64,000 nucleotides of DNA from Spirochaetia bacterium (GCA_963662795.1 OY759746.1:1600001-1664000); one strand, 5' to 3'; shown: positions 39,278 through 49,291, counted from the stretch's first letter. The notes: generated by a model from the letters alone, not told the origin. Made by a program: numbers and translations.

Positions 39278-40126
39278 GTGAAATTTGTGAACAATGAATT
39301 ATCTGATTTATTAACTGAAAAAGCATTGAAAATACGACAAAACATCCTGAAAATGGTGGGCATTAAAAAAGCCGGACACCTGGGAGGGGCTGCCTCAATT
39401 GCGGAAATAGTCTCTGCGCTGTATTTTTACAAACTGGGTATTTCGATAAATAATTTTCAGCAATTGGACCGCAACAGGTTTATCATAAGCAAGGGTCATG
39501 CTGTTCTGACTCAATATGCGGCCCTTGCTGAACTTGGATTTTTCCCTGTTGAAGAACTGGGAAAAACAAAGACGCTGAGTGGTCTGTTGCAGGGCCATCC
39601 TGACTTGTCAATTCCGGGGATCGAGGCGGTTACTGGATCGCTTGGGCAGGGACTTTCAATTGCGCTGGGAATGGCATTGTCCATGCGGTTGGATAATATT
39701 GCTAAAAGAGTTTACGTAATTTTGGGTGACGGGGAACTGGCAGAAGGGCAGATTTGGGAAGCAGCCATGGCTGCTAATAATTTTAAAGTTAACAATATTA
39801 CGGCAATTATTGATTATAATAAAATCCAGTCTACAGGAAGAACAGAAGAAGTTTTCAACATACCTTATTTGCGGGATAAGTGGAGTTCCTTTGGATGGAA
39901 TGTTATTGAAATCAATGGACATGATATTAACGGTATTGTCACGGCATTTGATGAAAGTGAGAAAGCAGTTGAAAAACCAACCGTGATTATTGCTGATACT
40001 ATTAAAGGGAAAGGCTTTTCTTTCGCAGAGGACAGTGCCGCATATCATAACACAGAACTATCAGATGATTTGTTTAAAAAGGCATTTGATGAACTTGAAA
40101 TCCGTGCAGGGGAATTAAAGTCATGA
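39278..40126 (+). CDS. Split transketolase 2, N-terminal subunit
   Basis: GHLGG, RFIISKGHA, LQGHP, GSLGQG, GDGELAEG, KGKG; GTG start. Confidence 0.93.
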   Translation: MKFVNNELSDLLTEKALKIRQNILKMVGIKKAGHLGGAASIAEIVSALYFYKLGISINNFQQLDRNRFIISKGHAVLTQYAALAELGFFPVEELGKTKTLSGLLQGHPDLSIPGIEAVTGSLGQGLSIALGMALSMRLDNIAKRVYVILGDGELAEGQIWEAAMAANNFKVNNITAIIDYNKIQSTGRTEEVFNIPYLRDKWSSFGWNVIEINGHDINGIVTAFDESEKAVEKPTVIIADTIKGKGFSFAEDSAAYHNTELSDDLFKKAFDELEIRAGELKS

Positions 40127-41064
40127 GAGAAAACAAAAGTCTGAGAGAAGCCTACGGAAAAACTTTATTAAAACTCGGCAGTGATAATAAAAATATTGTA
40201 GTCCTTGAAGCTGATCTTGGAAAATCAACAAAGTCGAATATCTTCGGCGATAATTTCCCGGAACGTTATTTTCAGATGGGTATTTCGGAACAGAATATGG
40301 CCTCAACAGCTGCCGGTTTTGCATTATCAGGGAAGATACCTTATATACATTCATTTGCGGTGTTTGTTTCCGGAAGAACCTATGATCAGATCCGTAATTC
40401 GATTTGTGTGCCTGATTTAAAAGTGAGAATTTGCGGCTCTTCAAGCGGCTTGTCAGATTATGCTGATGGTAAAACCCATCAGGCACTTGAAGATGTAGCA
40501 ATAATGAGAGCCCTTCCCGCTATGAAGGTGTATTGTCCACTCGACTATCATGAAACTGAAATGATAGTTAAAAAAACCGCAGATATAGAAGGGCCGGTAT
40601 ATCTGAGAATCAATCGAAATGAACTACCTGTTTATTTTAATGGCAGTGAGAATTATGAACTGGGAAAGATTTCGAAAATCAGGGATGGAAATGATATAGT
40701 TGTCTTTGCAAATGGAATAATGGTTTCGCAGGCTGACTTGGCTGCCGGGTTACTTGAGTCTAAAGGACTTTCCGTGAAAATTATTAACGTTAGCAGCATT
40801 AAGCCTATCGATAAAGAAGGAATCATCCGTGAATCCAAAGGGATGAGGGCGGTCTTCGTTGCGGAAGAGCACAATGTTATCGGCGGTCTTGGCAGCGCAG
40901 TAGCAGAAGTCCTGGTGGGATCTTATTCCGGAAATTTTGAAATCATCGGTGTTAATGATGAGTATGGCAGATCTGCAGAAAATTATAATATTCTATTAAA
41001 ACATTATAAGCTGGATTCCATTAGCATTGTTGAAAGAGTAGAAAAAATATTTGGAGGAAAATAA
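40123..41064 (+). CDS. Split transketolase 2, C-terminal subunit
   Basis: LREAYG, EADLGKST, GISEQ, YDQIR, DGKTHQ, EEH...GGLG; the stop overlaps the ALDH start. Confidence 0.93.
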   Translation: MRENKSLREAYGKTLLKLGSDNKNIVVLEADLGKSTKSNIFGDNFPERYFQMGISEQNMASTAAGFALSGKIPYIHSFAVFVSGRTYDQIRNSICVPDLKVRICGSSSGLSDYADGKTHQALEDVAIMRALPAMKVYCPLDYHETEMIVKKTADIEGPVYLRINRNELPVYFNGSENYELGKISKIRDGNDIVVFANGIMVSQADLAAGLLESKGLSVKIINVSSIKPIDKEGIIRESKGMRAVFVAEEHNVIGGLGSAVAEVLVGSYSGNFEIIGVNDEYGRSAENYNILLKHYKLDSISIVERVEKIFGGK

Positions 41065-42443
41065 TGGAAGCGAAAGAAATGGTAGCTGCCCTGATAAAAA
41101 GAGGGAGGGCAGCTCAGAAGATAGCGGACGGATACAGCCAGGAAAAGGTTGATGAACTTGTAAAGGCGATATCATGGGCTATAGTAAAGAAGGAAAACTC
41201 GGAAAAAATAGCGCGCCTTGCGGTGGATGAATCGCAGCTCGGACACTATGAAGGAAAATACGGAAAGCTCCAGAAGAAAATCCGCGGTGTAGTTCGTGAT
41301 GTGGCCGGAGTAAAATCTGTAGGTATAATTGAGCGTGATGAGAAAAAAGGACTCCTTAAAATAGCAAAACCTGTTGGAGTAATAGGGGCGCTTGTCCCCT
41401 GCACAAATCCTGAGGCGACCCCTGTAATCAAGGCGATAAACTCGATCAAGGGAAGAAACGCAATCATCTTCGCGCCGCACCCGAGGACAAAGAAAACCAA
41501 TACCCTTATAGTAAACATTATGAGGGACGCGCTTAAAAGACACGGAGCGCCTGAAGACCTTATAATCGGAATAGAAGAGCCTTCGATGGACGCAAGCGGA
41601 GAGCTTATGGCCCAGTGCGACCTTGTTGTTGCAACAGGCGGGGCAGGGATGGTAAAAGCTGCATATTCTTCCGGTACTCCTGCATACGGAGTAGGTGCCG
41701 GAAACGTTGTAGTTGTAGTTGATGAGACAGCAGACTTTAAAGACAGCGCAAAGAAGATAATGCTGAGCAAGACATTTGATCTTGCAACCAGCTGCAGCGC
41801 GGACAATAATATCGTTCTTGTCGATGAGGTTTATGAAAAAATGCTTGATGAGCTTAAGGCAGTGGGCGGGTACATGTGCTCATCCGATGAGAAGGCAAAG
41901 CTTCAGAAGGTAGTCTTTCCAGATAATCATCTCGGACGAGACCATGTCGCACAGAGTGCACAGAAGATAGCATCCCTTGCGGGGTTTAAAATACCTGAAG
42001 GTGTAACCTTCATCCTTGTTGAGGAAGACGGTGTAGGGGCAAGCCATCCGTTCAGCAGAGAGAAGATGAGCGTAATCGCAGCTGTTCATAAAGTAGCTGA
42101 TTTTAAAGCCGCGATTGATAAGGTAAACGAGATAACATCCTATCAGGGCGCGGGGCACTCCTGTGGACTTTACTCAACTGATATGAAGCGGATAGAAGAG
42201 TACGGTCTTAAAACAAAGACAAGCCGCGTAATGATAAGGCAGCCGCAGGTGTTCGGGAACAGCGGAAACTGGGACAACGGTCTTCCATTTACTCTTACCC
42301 TCGGATGCGGGACATGGGGAGGCAACATCTCAAGCGAGAACATCACCTGGAAGCATTTTATCAACATAACATGGCTTTCGATGCCTATCCCTGAGGTAAT
42401 ACCCAGAGATGAGGACCTCTTCGGCGATATCATGAAGGAATAA
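41064..42443 (+). CDS. CoA-acylating aldehyde dehydrogenase, copy 2
   Basis: 452/459 aa identical to copy 1 by comparing the two translations. Confidence 0.9.
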   Translation: MEAKEMVAALIKRGRAAQKIADGYSQEKVDELVKAISWAIVKKENSEKIARLAVDESQLGHYEGKYGKLQKKIRGVVRDVAGVKSVGIIERDEKKGLLKIAKPVGVIGALVPCTNPEATPVIKAINSIKGRNAIIFAPHPRTKKTNTLIVNIMRDALKRHGAPEDLIIGIEEPSMDASGELMAQCDLVVATGGAGMVKAAYSSGTPAYGVGAGNVVVVVDETADFKDSAKKIMLSKTFDLATSCSADNNIVLVDEVYEKMLDELKAVGGYMCSSDEKAKLQKVVFPDNHLGRDHVAQSAQKIASLAGFKIPEGVTFILVEEDGVGASHPFSREKMSVIAAVHKVADFKAAIDKVNEITSYQGAGHSCGLYSTDMKRIEEYGLKTKTSRVMIRQPQVFGNSGNWDNGLPFTLTLGCGTWGGNISSENITWKHFINITWLSMPIPEVIPRDEDLFGDIMKE

Positions 42444-42481
42444 TCAGGACAAGTATTATTTATAAAGTGTAAAAATATCAG

Positions 42482-42519
42482 GGCTGACATGGAAAAATAC
42501 TCCCTGTCAGCCATTTTTT
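42482..42519 (+). terminator. Rho-independent terminator
   Basis: GGCTGACA/TGTCAGCC stem followed by ATTTTTT. Confidence 0.75.
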
Positions 42520-42733
42520 ATTCTGGAATATTTAAAAAAAATAGTCTTTCCTCTGAAGTACTTAAATCTAAACCTGAATCTAGTCAAGTATTGTTTTTAG
42601 AAAAATAGCATGGATAACCTCTATAGTATATTTTAATACAAATGGAAATTTTTGAGATCTTACTTTTCTAATTTATAATAGTCATTAAATGGAATCAAAT
42701 TAAAATAAGTCGATGTCTTTATGCAAAAAAAAG

Positions 42734-42784
42734 TTGACAAATAGTTTTATAGATTATACTATTTTACTGTTAAACAGTTAAACA
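42734..42784 (+). promoter_or_regulatory. Promoter with GntR/FadR-type operator
   Basis: TTGACA(42734)...TATACT(42755); CTGTT-A-AACAG palindrome within tandem GTTAAACA x2 (42769-42784). Confidence 0.6.
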
Positions 42785-42797
42785 CATAGGGATATTT

Positions 42798-44282
42798 ATG
42801 GTCACTACTTGTAATTATGATTTGACAATTATTGGTGCTGGGATTATTGGAGCGATGATAGCGAAAGAATTGTCACAATATAATATTAAAGTCGCAATTC
42901 TTGAAAAGAAAACTTCACCTGGAAGTGATGTCTCAAAAGCAGGACTTTCAGCGCTTCATTCTCCTGATTTTTGTCCCAATAACTCACTAAAAGAAAAATT
43001 TTGTATTAATGCATTTGATAGATATAAAAATATCTCAGAAGAGTTAAACGTTAGATTTAAGGAATTTGATGAACTTAGACTTGCATTTAAAAATGAAGAT
43101 TTATTGAAATTAGAAAAATATAAAGAATATGGAGAAAGTCTTGGTCTTTATAATTATGAAATATTAAATCAGCAGAATATAAAAAAAATTGAACCTTTTG
43201 TTACAGAAAAAGCAATAGGTGCCTTAAAAATTAAAAAATTAGGAAGTATATATCCTCCTGAATGGTGTTTCGCACTTCTGGAATATGCACAGATAAATGG
43301 AGTAGAGGTTTTTTTAGACACCGAAGTAACAGGCATCGAAAAAATTGGAAATATAGATTGTTCATATGTTGTCAAAACAACAAAAGGTAATTTTCACACA
43401 AAAAGCATAGTTAACTGTGCCGGCCTTTATGTAGATAAAATAGCGGCTATGATTGGAGACAATTATATAAAAATAAATTATGAAAAAGCAACTATGGCAA
43501 TTCTGGATAAATCTGTTTCTTATTTAACAGATAATATGATTTATGGGTCCTTCTCCCCTACACACAGTCAGGTTATTGCTCCAACAGCACATGGGAATTT
43601 AATCATCGGGTTGGGATATTTTACTAAACCCGATAATAAGGAAGATGTAAGTATCGAAAGAGGGAAAATTAAAGAAATTGCAAATATGGCAAAACAGTTA
43701 ATTCCTGGAATTAATGAACGTGATATTATTACCAGTTTTTCAGGAATAAAATCAGAAAATGATTTAACAAATAAAGATTTTTATATTGATTATTCAAAAA
43801 CATCTCCTGGGATCATTCATGTGGTAATTGGTTCCCCCGGTTTGACTGCTGCTCCAGCAATCAGTGAATATGTGAGCAATTTGCTTAATTTTAAGTATTT
43901 TAAATTATTAAAAAAAGAAACAGCAGTTAAAAAAAGGGAAATAATAAAAAGATATTCTGAACTTGATAAAGATGAAGTTAAAAAAATAATAGAGACAAAT
44001 CCAAAGTACGCAAAGATAATTTGTAGATGCGAAAAAATCACTGAAGCAGAAATTATTGAAGCAGTGAGACGCGGTGCAGTGACAGTAGATGCTGTGAAAC
44101 ATTATACCAGAGCAGGTATGGGGAGATGTCAAGGCGGTTTTTGCGGGCCGGCAATATTAAATATTATTTCTCGGGAATTAGAATGTCCAATTATAAAAAT
44201 AAATAAAAACAATAATGATTCAGTGATTGTAAAGGGATACACCAAACAGACAGAAGAAGAGGTTTTGTATGAAAAATATTGA
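42798..44282 (+). CDS. FAD-dependent oxidoreductase with C-terminal BFD-like [2Fe-2S] domain (GlpA/LhgO-like), paralog 1
   Basis: IIGAGIIG, NCAGLY.D, SPGLTAAPAI, CRCE...TRAGMGRCQGGFC. Confidence 0.9.
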   Translation: MVTTCNYDLTIIGAGIIGAMIAKELSQYNIKVAILEKKTSPGSDVSKAGLSALHSPDFCPNNSLKEKFCINAFDRYKNISEELNVRFKEFDELRLAFKNEDLLKLEKYKEYGESLGLYNYEILNQQNIKKIEPFVTEKAIGALKIKKLGSIYPPEWCFALLEYAQINGVEVFLDTEVTGIEKIGNIDCSYVVKTTKGNFHTKSIVNCAGLYVDKIAAMIGDNYIKINYEKATMAILDKSVSYLTDNMIYGSFSPTHSQVIAPTAHGNLIIGLGYFTKPDNKEDVSIERGKIKEIANMAKQLIPGINERDIITSFSGIKSENDLTNKDFYIDYSKTSPGIIHVVIGSPGLTAAPAISEYVSNLLNFKYFKLLKKETAVKKREIIKRYSELDKDEVKKIIETNPKYAKIICRCEKITEAEIIEAVRRGAVTVDAVKHYTRAGMGRCQGGFCGPAILNIISRELECPIIKINKNNNDSVIVKGYTKQTEEEVLYEKY

Positions 44283-45513
44283 TCTAGCTATTATCGGTGG
44301 AGGTCCAGCTGGCTTGGCAGCCGCTATAAAAGCTAAAAAAATGGGAATAAAAGATATAGTAATATTTGAAAGAGATAGTTTCCCTGGTGGTATATTAAAA
44401 CAATGTATCCACAACGGATTTGGGCTTGAAATATTTGATGAAGAATTAAGCGGTCCTGAATATGCTGAAAGATATATTAAACTTGCAGAAAAGGAAAAAA
44501 TAAACATTGAACTTAACAGCATGGTTGTTGATTTAAATAAAGACAAGGAGATAACTGTTGTCAGCCCCTATAGTGGTTATAACGAGTATAAATGCAAGAC
44601 AATTATTTTGAGTATGGGGTGCCGGGAGAGACCACGTGGCGCAACCGACATTGCCGGGACAAGACCGGCTGGCGTATATACAGCCGGACATGCACAGCGG
44701 CTGATAAATATTGAAGGAATTATGCCAGGTTATAAAGTTGTTATTTTCGGTTCTGGTGATATTGGAATGATTATGGCGAGAAGAATGACACTTGAAGGCG
44801 CCAAAGTTGAAGCAGTTTTAGCCAGAAGGCCATATGCCAATGGTTTAACCAGAAATATTGTTCAATGTTTAAATGATTATGATATTCCTTTGCTTTTAAA
44901 GACAGGAATAACAGAAATATATGGCCAATCAAGAGTAGAAGGTGTTGCTATTGTTGAATATGATGAAGGTTTAAATCCAGTTCCTAATACTGAAAAATAT
45001 ATTGAATGTGATACTGTATTACTTTCTGTTGGTCTTGTTCCGGAAAATGAGTTGACGAAATTGACTGGACTAAAAATGGATAATAAAACAGGTGGACCTT
45101 ATATTAATAATTGGTTTGAAACCGCTATTCCAGGATTATTTGCATGCGGTAATGTCGTACATGTAAATGATATAGTTGATAACGTTTCACTGGAAGGAGA
45201 GATCGCGGCAATTGGTGCGTATAATAGACTTAATAATATTAATACGGATAAATCATCAATTAATATTGAGTGCTCGGAAGATACAATAAGCCAAATTATT
45301 CCTCATCAGATAGTCAATTTTGATTATGATGTCAACATCAATTTTAGAGTCCGTAAACCTATGGGAAAAAATATTATAAAGATTGGCAGGTATATGGAAA
45401 AAAAATATTCATTCCAGAAACCGGCTGAAATGATAAGAATAAAAATACCTAAAAAAATACTGAGAGAAATGAAAAATGAGAAAAATGTTAAAATATCCTG
45501 CCAGGAAGTATAA
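44269..45513 (+). CDS. NAD(P)/FAD-dependent oxidoreductase (partner of GlpA-like)
   Basis: GGGPAG, QCIHNGFG, MGCRER, GSGDIG, ACGNVVHV. Confidence 0.9.
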   Translation: MKNIDLAIIGGGPAGLAAAIKAKKMGIKDIVIFERDSFPGGILKQCIHNGFGLEIFDEELSGPEYAERYIKLAEKEKINIELNSMVVDLNKDKEITVVSPYSGYNEYKCKTIILSMGCRERPRGATDIAGTRPAGVYTAGHAQRLINIEGIMPGYKVVIFGSGDIGMIMARRMTLEGAKVEAVLARRPYANGLTRNIVQCLNDYDIPLLLKTGITEIYGQSRVEGVAIVEYDEGLNPVPNTEKYIECDTVLLSVGLVPENELTKLTGLKMDNKTGGPYINNWFETAIPGLFACGNVVHVNDIVDNVSLEGEIAAIGAYNRLNNINTDKSSINIECSEDTISQIIPHQIVNFDYDVNINFRVRKPMGKNIIKIGRYMEKKYSFQKPAEMIRIKIPKKILREMKNEKNVKISCQEV

Positions 45514-45525
45514 AGGGAAAAAATT

Positions 45526-45885
45526 ATGAAGAATGTTAAAGAAATCATCTGTGTAATATGCCCAAATGGATGCGTCATAGAAGTTGGTGAAGAAGATAAT
45601 GAAATTAAGATTAATGGTAAATGTTGTAAGAGAGGTAAAGAATATATTCTTCAGGAATATATAGAACCAAAGCGAGTAATTACAACCACTGTAAAAATAG
45701 TTTCTAAATTAAGAAAAACACTGCCTGTAAAAACTAGTTCAGGTATTTTGAAAAAAGACATCTTTATGTTTATGAACAAAATAAAAAATACTATTGCTGA
45801 ACCTCCGGTTGTTGTTGGACAGATAATATATAAAGATGTTTTTGAAGGAATTGATTTAATATCAGAAGATGAAATAAAAGAATGA
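45526..45885 (+). CDS. DUF1667 CxxC metal-binding protein
   Basis: CVICPNGC...C.RG.EY..QE...PKRVITTTV. Confidence 0.9.
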   Translation: MKNVKEIICVICPNGCVIEVGEEDNEIKINGKCCKRGKEYILQEYIEPKRVITTTVKIVSKLRKTLPVKTSSGILKKDIFMFMNKIKNTIAEPPVVVGQIIYKDVFEGIDLISEDEIKE

Positions 45886-45895
45886 GTAGGCTAAA

Positions 45896-47344
45896 ATGAA
45901 AGATCAAATATTTGATGTCGTGGTTATTGGCGCCGGCATTAGCGGAACTTTTCTGGCAAGAGAATTGAGCCGTTATAAGCTAAAAGTATTATTACTTGAA
46001 AAAGAAAAATCGCCAGGTTTCGGCGGGACAAAAGCGGGATTGTCCCAGATTCATGCCGCTGATTTTTGCCCGGTTAACACCTTGAAGGCAAAATTCTGTC
46101 TTAATGCTGCTTCCCGATTTGAAAAAATATCCAAAGATCTTGACTTGTATTTTAGAAAGACCAGCGAATTATGGCTTGCTTTTAATGATGATGATATAAA
46201 AACAATAAATAATGCTAAAGAAAGGGCGGAAAGCATTGGAACTGAAGGGTTATCAATAATAACCAGAGAAGAAGCTTTAAAAATAGAACCTGGTATCAAT
46301 CCCGCAATTATTGCTGCATTATATGCTAAAAATATGGGAGTTGTATATCCTCCCGAATGGTGTTTCGCTCTAGTTGAAAATTCCATCGAAAACGGGTTGA
46401 TTTATAAATCATCAACAGCTGTTGAAAATATTGAAAGATTACCGAAAGGAACATATAAGATAATTACAAATCAGGGAATATTTGAAACTAATTTTGTTGT
46501 GAATACTGCCGGGCTAAATGCTGATAAAATCGCACATTTAACCAGAGATGATGATTTAGAATTAATTTTCAGAAAAGGAACCATGGTGATTTTTGACAAA
46601 GCGGTATCAGGAATTGTTAATAGTATGATACTTGGTACACCATCTCCTCAGTATAGTAAAAATATTGCACCAACTGCTCATGGAAATATCATTGCTGGAC
46701 TCGGTTATTTTACAAAGCCTGAGAATCAATATGATACATCAATAGAACGCGGCATGATTAATGAAGTAATGAAATTTACAAAACAATTAGTTCCTGCTCT
46801 TTCTATACGCGATATAATAACTTCTTTTGCTGGAATATATGTACTTAATAACAAATGCGATAACGGAGATTATTATATAAATCATTCAAAAAAATCTCCA
46901 GGAGTAATTCATGCACTGATAGGAGCCCCTGGTCTCACCACTGCGCCTGCGGTTGCAGAATATATAATTAAACTTTTAGCAGAAGCAGATTTAAAATTGG
47001 AAAAGAAAAATAATTTTATAGAAAAAAGGAAAGGCATAAAAAAATTCAATGAACTGAATAAAAATGAAATAAAGCAATATATCAGTGATAATAAGATGTG
47101 GGCTAAAATAATCTGCCGTTGTGAAAAGATCAGTGAAGCAGAAATAGTTGAGGCAATCAGAAGGGGCGCAACTACAATTGATGAAATTAAGCATTACACT
47201 CGGGCTGGTATGGGAAGGTGTCAGGGAGGTTTCTGTACACCTGCAATTTTAAAAATACTTGCACGTGAAACAGGATTGCCGATAACTCAAATTACCAAAA
47301 ACAATAATAATTCTATTATGGTTAAGAATTTTACTAAAATATAA
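45896..47344 (+). CDS. FAD-dependent oxidoreductase with BFD-like domain, paralog 2
   Basis: Same architecture as 42798; shares DFCP, YPPEWCFAL, APTAHGN and GLGYFTKP. Confidence 0.9.
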   Translation: MKDQIFDVVVIGAGISGTFLARELSRYKLKVLLLEKEKSPGFGGTKAGLSQIHAADFCPVNTLKAKFCLNAASRFEKISKDLDLYFRKTSELWLAFNDDDIKTINNAKERAESIGTEGLSIITREEALKIEPGINPAIIAALYAKNMGVVYPPEWCFALVENSIENGLIYKSSTAVENIERLPKGTYKIITNQGIFETNFVVNTAGLNADKIAHLTRDDDLELIFRKGTMVIFDKAVSGIVNSMILGTPSPQYSKNIAPTAHGNIIAGLGYFTKPENQYDTSIERGMINEVMKFTKQLVPALSIRDIITSFAGIYVLNNKCDNGDYYINHSKKSPGVIHALIGAPGLTTAPAVAEYIIKLLAEADLKLEKKNNFIEKRKGIKKFNELNKNEIKQYISDNKMWAKIICRCEKISEAEIVEAIRRGATTIDEIKHYTRAGMGRCQGGFCTPAILKILARETGLPITQITKNNNNSIMVKNFTKI

Positions 47345-47410
47345 TAATTATCAATATTACAAATTAATATTGATTTTATTAATATAATAATAGTTTCTAA
47401 GGAGTTATTT

Positions 47411-47788
47411 ATGGTACCAAAGTATCAAGTTAAGAAAAAGATCAGTGATGTCCCCTGGGAAGAGCATTTCATGGATGACGGGGGAAGTAGAATTAAATGG
47501 ATATATACTAGAGAAAATGACGGTACGCCAATTGCTGTCATGTATATTGAACTCAGGGAAGGCTTGTCACTTCCTGAGCATGTACACCGGGATCAACCGG
47601 ATTTAGTTCATGTTCTTGAAGGTGAGGCAACTATGTTTATTGAAGGAGAAGGGGAATTCCCTCTTGAAGCAGGAATGGTTGTAATGGTGCCTCCTAATAC
47701 AAAACACACAATAAAAAACATTAAAAAAACTGTTAAGTTATATAATGTTTTTGCACCTGCAATGCCTTATATGCCTGCGAAAAAATAA
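47411..47788 (+). CDS. Cupin domain protein
   Basis: PEHVH....D....LEG, PPNTKH. Confidence 0.88.
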   Translation: MVPKYQVKKKISDVPWEEHFMDDGGSRIKWIYTRENDGTPIAVMYIELREGLSLPEHVHRDQPDLVHVLEGEATMFIEGEGEFPLEAGMVVMVPPNTKHTIKNIKKTVKLYNVFAPAMPYMPAKK

Positions 47789-48250
47789 AAAGTTTGAGCT
47801 AATTTAAATATAAAAAACATTATATTACCTTTACTTAAAAAGATAATATAATTTATGAATCTTGATGTTAGCTGAATTATTACAAATTATTTATAACCAT
47901 TTTAACCTTAAAGATATTTGATAAAAAATATTTTTAAGTGTTAAGATGGATAATTGTAAATCCTGAAATATTTTAAAAAGGGTTTTAGCAAAGATAGAAT
48001 AACTATTTTTCTGCAAAATAAGTAAAAATATATTTTTAGTAAATTATTCAAATACAAAAAATATATTTAAAAAAGAAACTTAAATATGTCAACCATTAAA
48101 GTGAAAGATGTAAAGTCATGTTTGAAAGTTAGTGTATAAAAAACTTAATAAGAATAATAGTCTGAACAGCTTCTTGAAGTAATGATTAAAATATACATTT
48201 TATGTTTTACCGAAACGGATGATTTGACCTAAAGAACAGGAGTAAAGAAA

Positions 48251-49291
48251 GTGGATAAAACAATGAAGGCCTTTGTCCTTGAAAGATATAACATCCCATT
48301 GGTGTTGAAAGATGTTCCAATGCCGCAGATCGGCGATGATGATGTTCTTGTAAGGGTGAGGGCCGCAGGCATTTGCGGCACCGATTTGAAGATATATACA
48401 GGCAAACTTGACGGTATTATAAAACTGCCGCATATACCGGGTCATGAAGGGGCAGGTGAGATAGTTAAAACAGGAAAGAACGTTAAAAACATAAAACCAG
48501 GGGACCGCGGGATTGTATACCACTACATCCCGTGCAGGGACTGTGAGCTCTGCAGAACAGGTAAGGAGAATATCTGTTTTGAAATCAAAAGGACAGGGTT
48601 TGAACTTGACGGCGCTTTCGCTGAGTATATGGCAATCCCGGCATACAATTTCTGCCCTGTTGATGATGAAAAAGTGTCATGGTCTGAAATGGCAGTCCTC
48701 CCTGATGCGGCCCTTACCCCGTATCATGCGTTAAAAACCCTTGGCAAGGTGAAAAAAGGGGCTAAAGTATTAATTATCGGGCTTGGAGGACTTGGCCTTC
48801 ATGCGGTTATGCTTGGTAAAATGCTCGGCGCTGATGTTGCCGGCGCTGATATCAGGGATAACTCTCTCACTGAGGCTTTGAAGTATAAAGCGGATGTTGT
48901 TTTTAACCCTGTTTCACAGGACCCAGTTTCTGTGATCAGGGAATGGACAGGCGGACACGGCACTGATGTTGTGCTTGACGGGGTCGGAACCGGTTCCACA
49001 TTTCCATGGGCTCTCAAAAGCCTTAAAAAAGGCGGCAAGCTTGTTTTAATGGGATATGATCCGATTAATCCGGTCCCTCTTGACACTCTTGGGATGCACT
49101 ATAACGAATGGGAGATAATTGGGGCCCGGCTTGGGACAAAGCAGGAATTAATTGAGCTGATAAATTATACAAAAAACGGAACTTTAAAACCGATTGTTTC
49201 GTCTGAGTTTGAAATGGCCTCGCTTAACCGGGTTTTTACAGAATCGCTGCTTGACAGCATTTACGGAAGGATAGTTTTTAAAGGTTTATAA
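48251..49291 (+). CDS. Zn-dependent alcohol dehydrogenase
   Basis: GICGTD, GHE, CRDCELC...C, GLGGLG. Confidence 0.9.
   Translation: MDKTMKAFVLERYNIPLVLKDVPMPQIGDDDVLVRVRAAGICGTDLKIYTGKLDGIIKLPHIPGHEGAGEIVKTGKNVKNIKPGDRGIVYHYIPCRDCELCRTGKENICFEIKRTGFELDGAFAEYMAIPAYNFCPVDDEKVSWSEMAVLPDAALTPYHALKTLGKVKKGAKVLIIGLGGLGLHAVMLGKMLGADVAGADIRDNSLTEALKYKADVVFNPVSQDPVSVIREWTGGHGTDVVLDGVGTGSTFPWALKSLKKGGKLVLMGYDPINPVPLDTLGMHYNEWEIIGARLGTKQELIELINYTKNGTLKPIVSSEFEMASLNRVFTESLLDSIYGRIVFKGL

Larger units (their letters stand above)
27556..42445 (+). repeat. ~1.39-kb direct repeat (27556-28948 and 41053-42445): the duplicated ALDH gene with its RBS
   Basis: Both copies start GGAGGAAAATAATGG and end GAAGGAATAATC; about 34 nt and 7 aa differences counted by eye; offset 13497 bp. 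Confidence 0.97.

Noticed and set aside
42055-42063. G->R change (SGEK->SREK) inactivating ALDH copy 2
   Set aside because: The residue before EK varies in AdhE-type ALDHs (R and H occur), and the catalytic Cys motif is intact
36468-42443. Calling the cassette a bona fide sulfoquinovose (sulfo-TK) locus
   Set aside because: No sulfoquinovosidase, SQ isomerase, SqwI or TauE-type exporter in the window; kept only as an analogy
27556-42445. Composite transposon or prophage
   Set aside because: The flanking repeats are metabolic genes; no transposase, integrase, terminal inverted repeats or target-site duplication seen
47789-48250. 460-bp very AT-rich intergenic region as ncRNA or origin
   Set aside because: No convincing stable structure, DnaA-box cluster or iterons seen; best explained as a promoter/junction region
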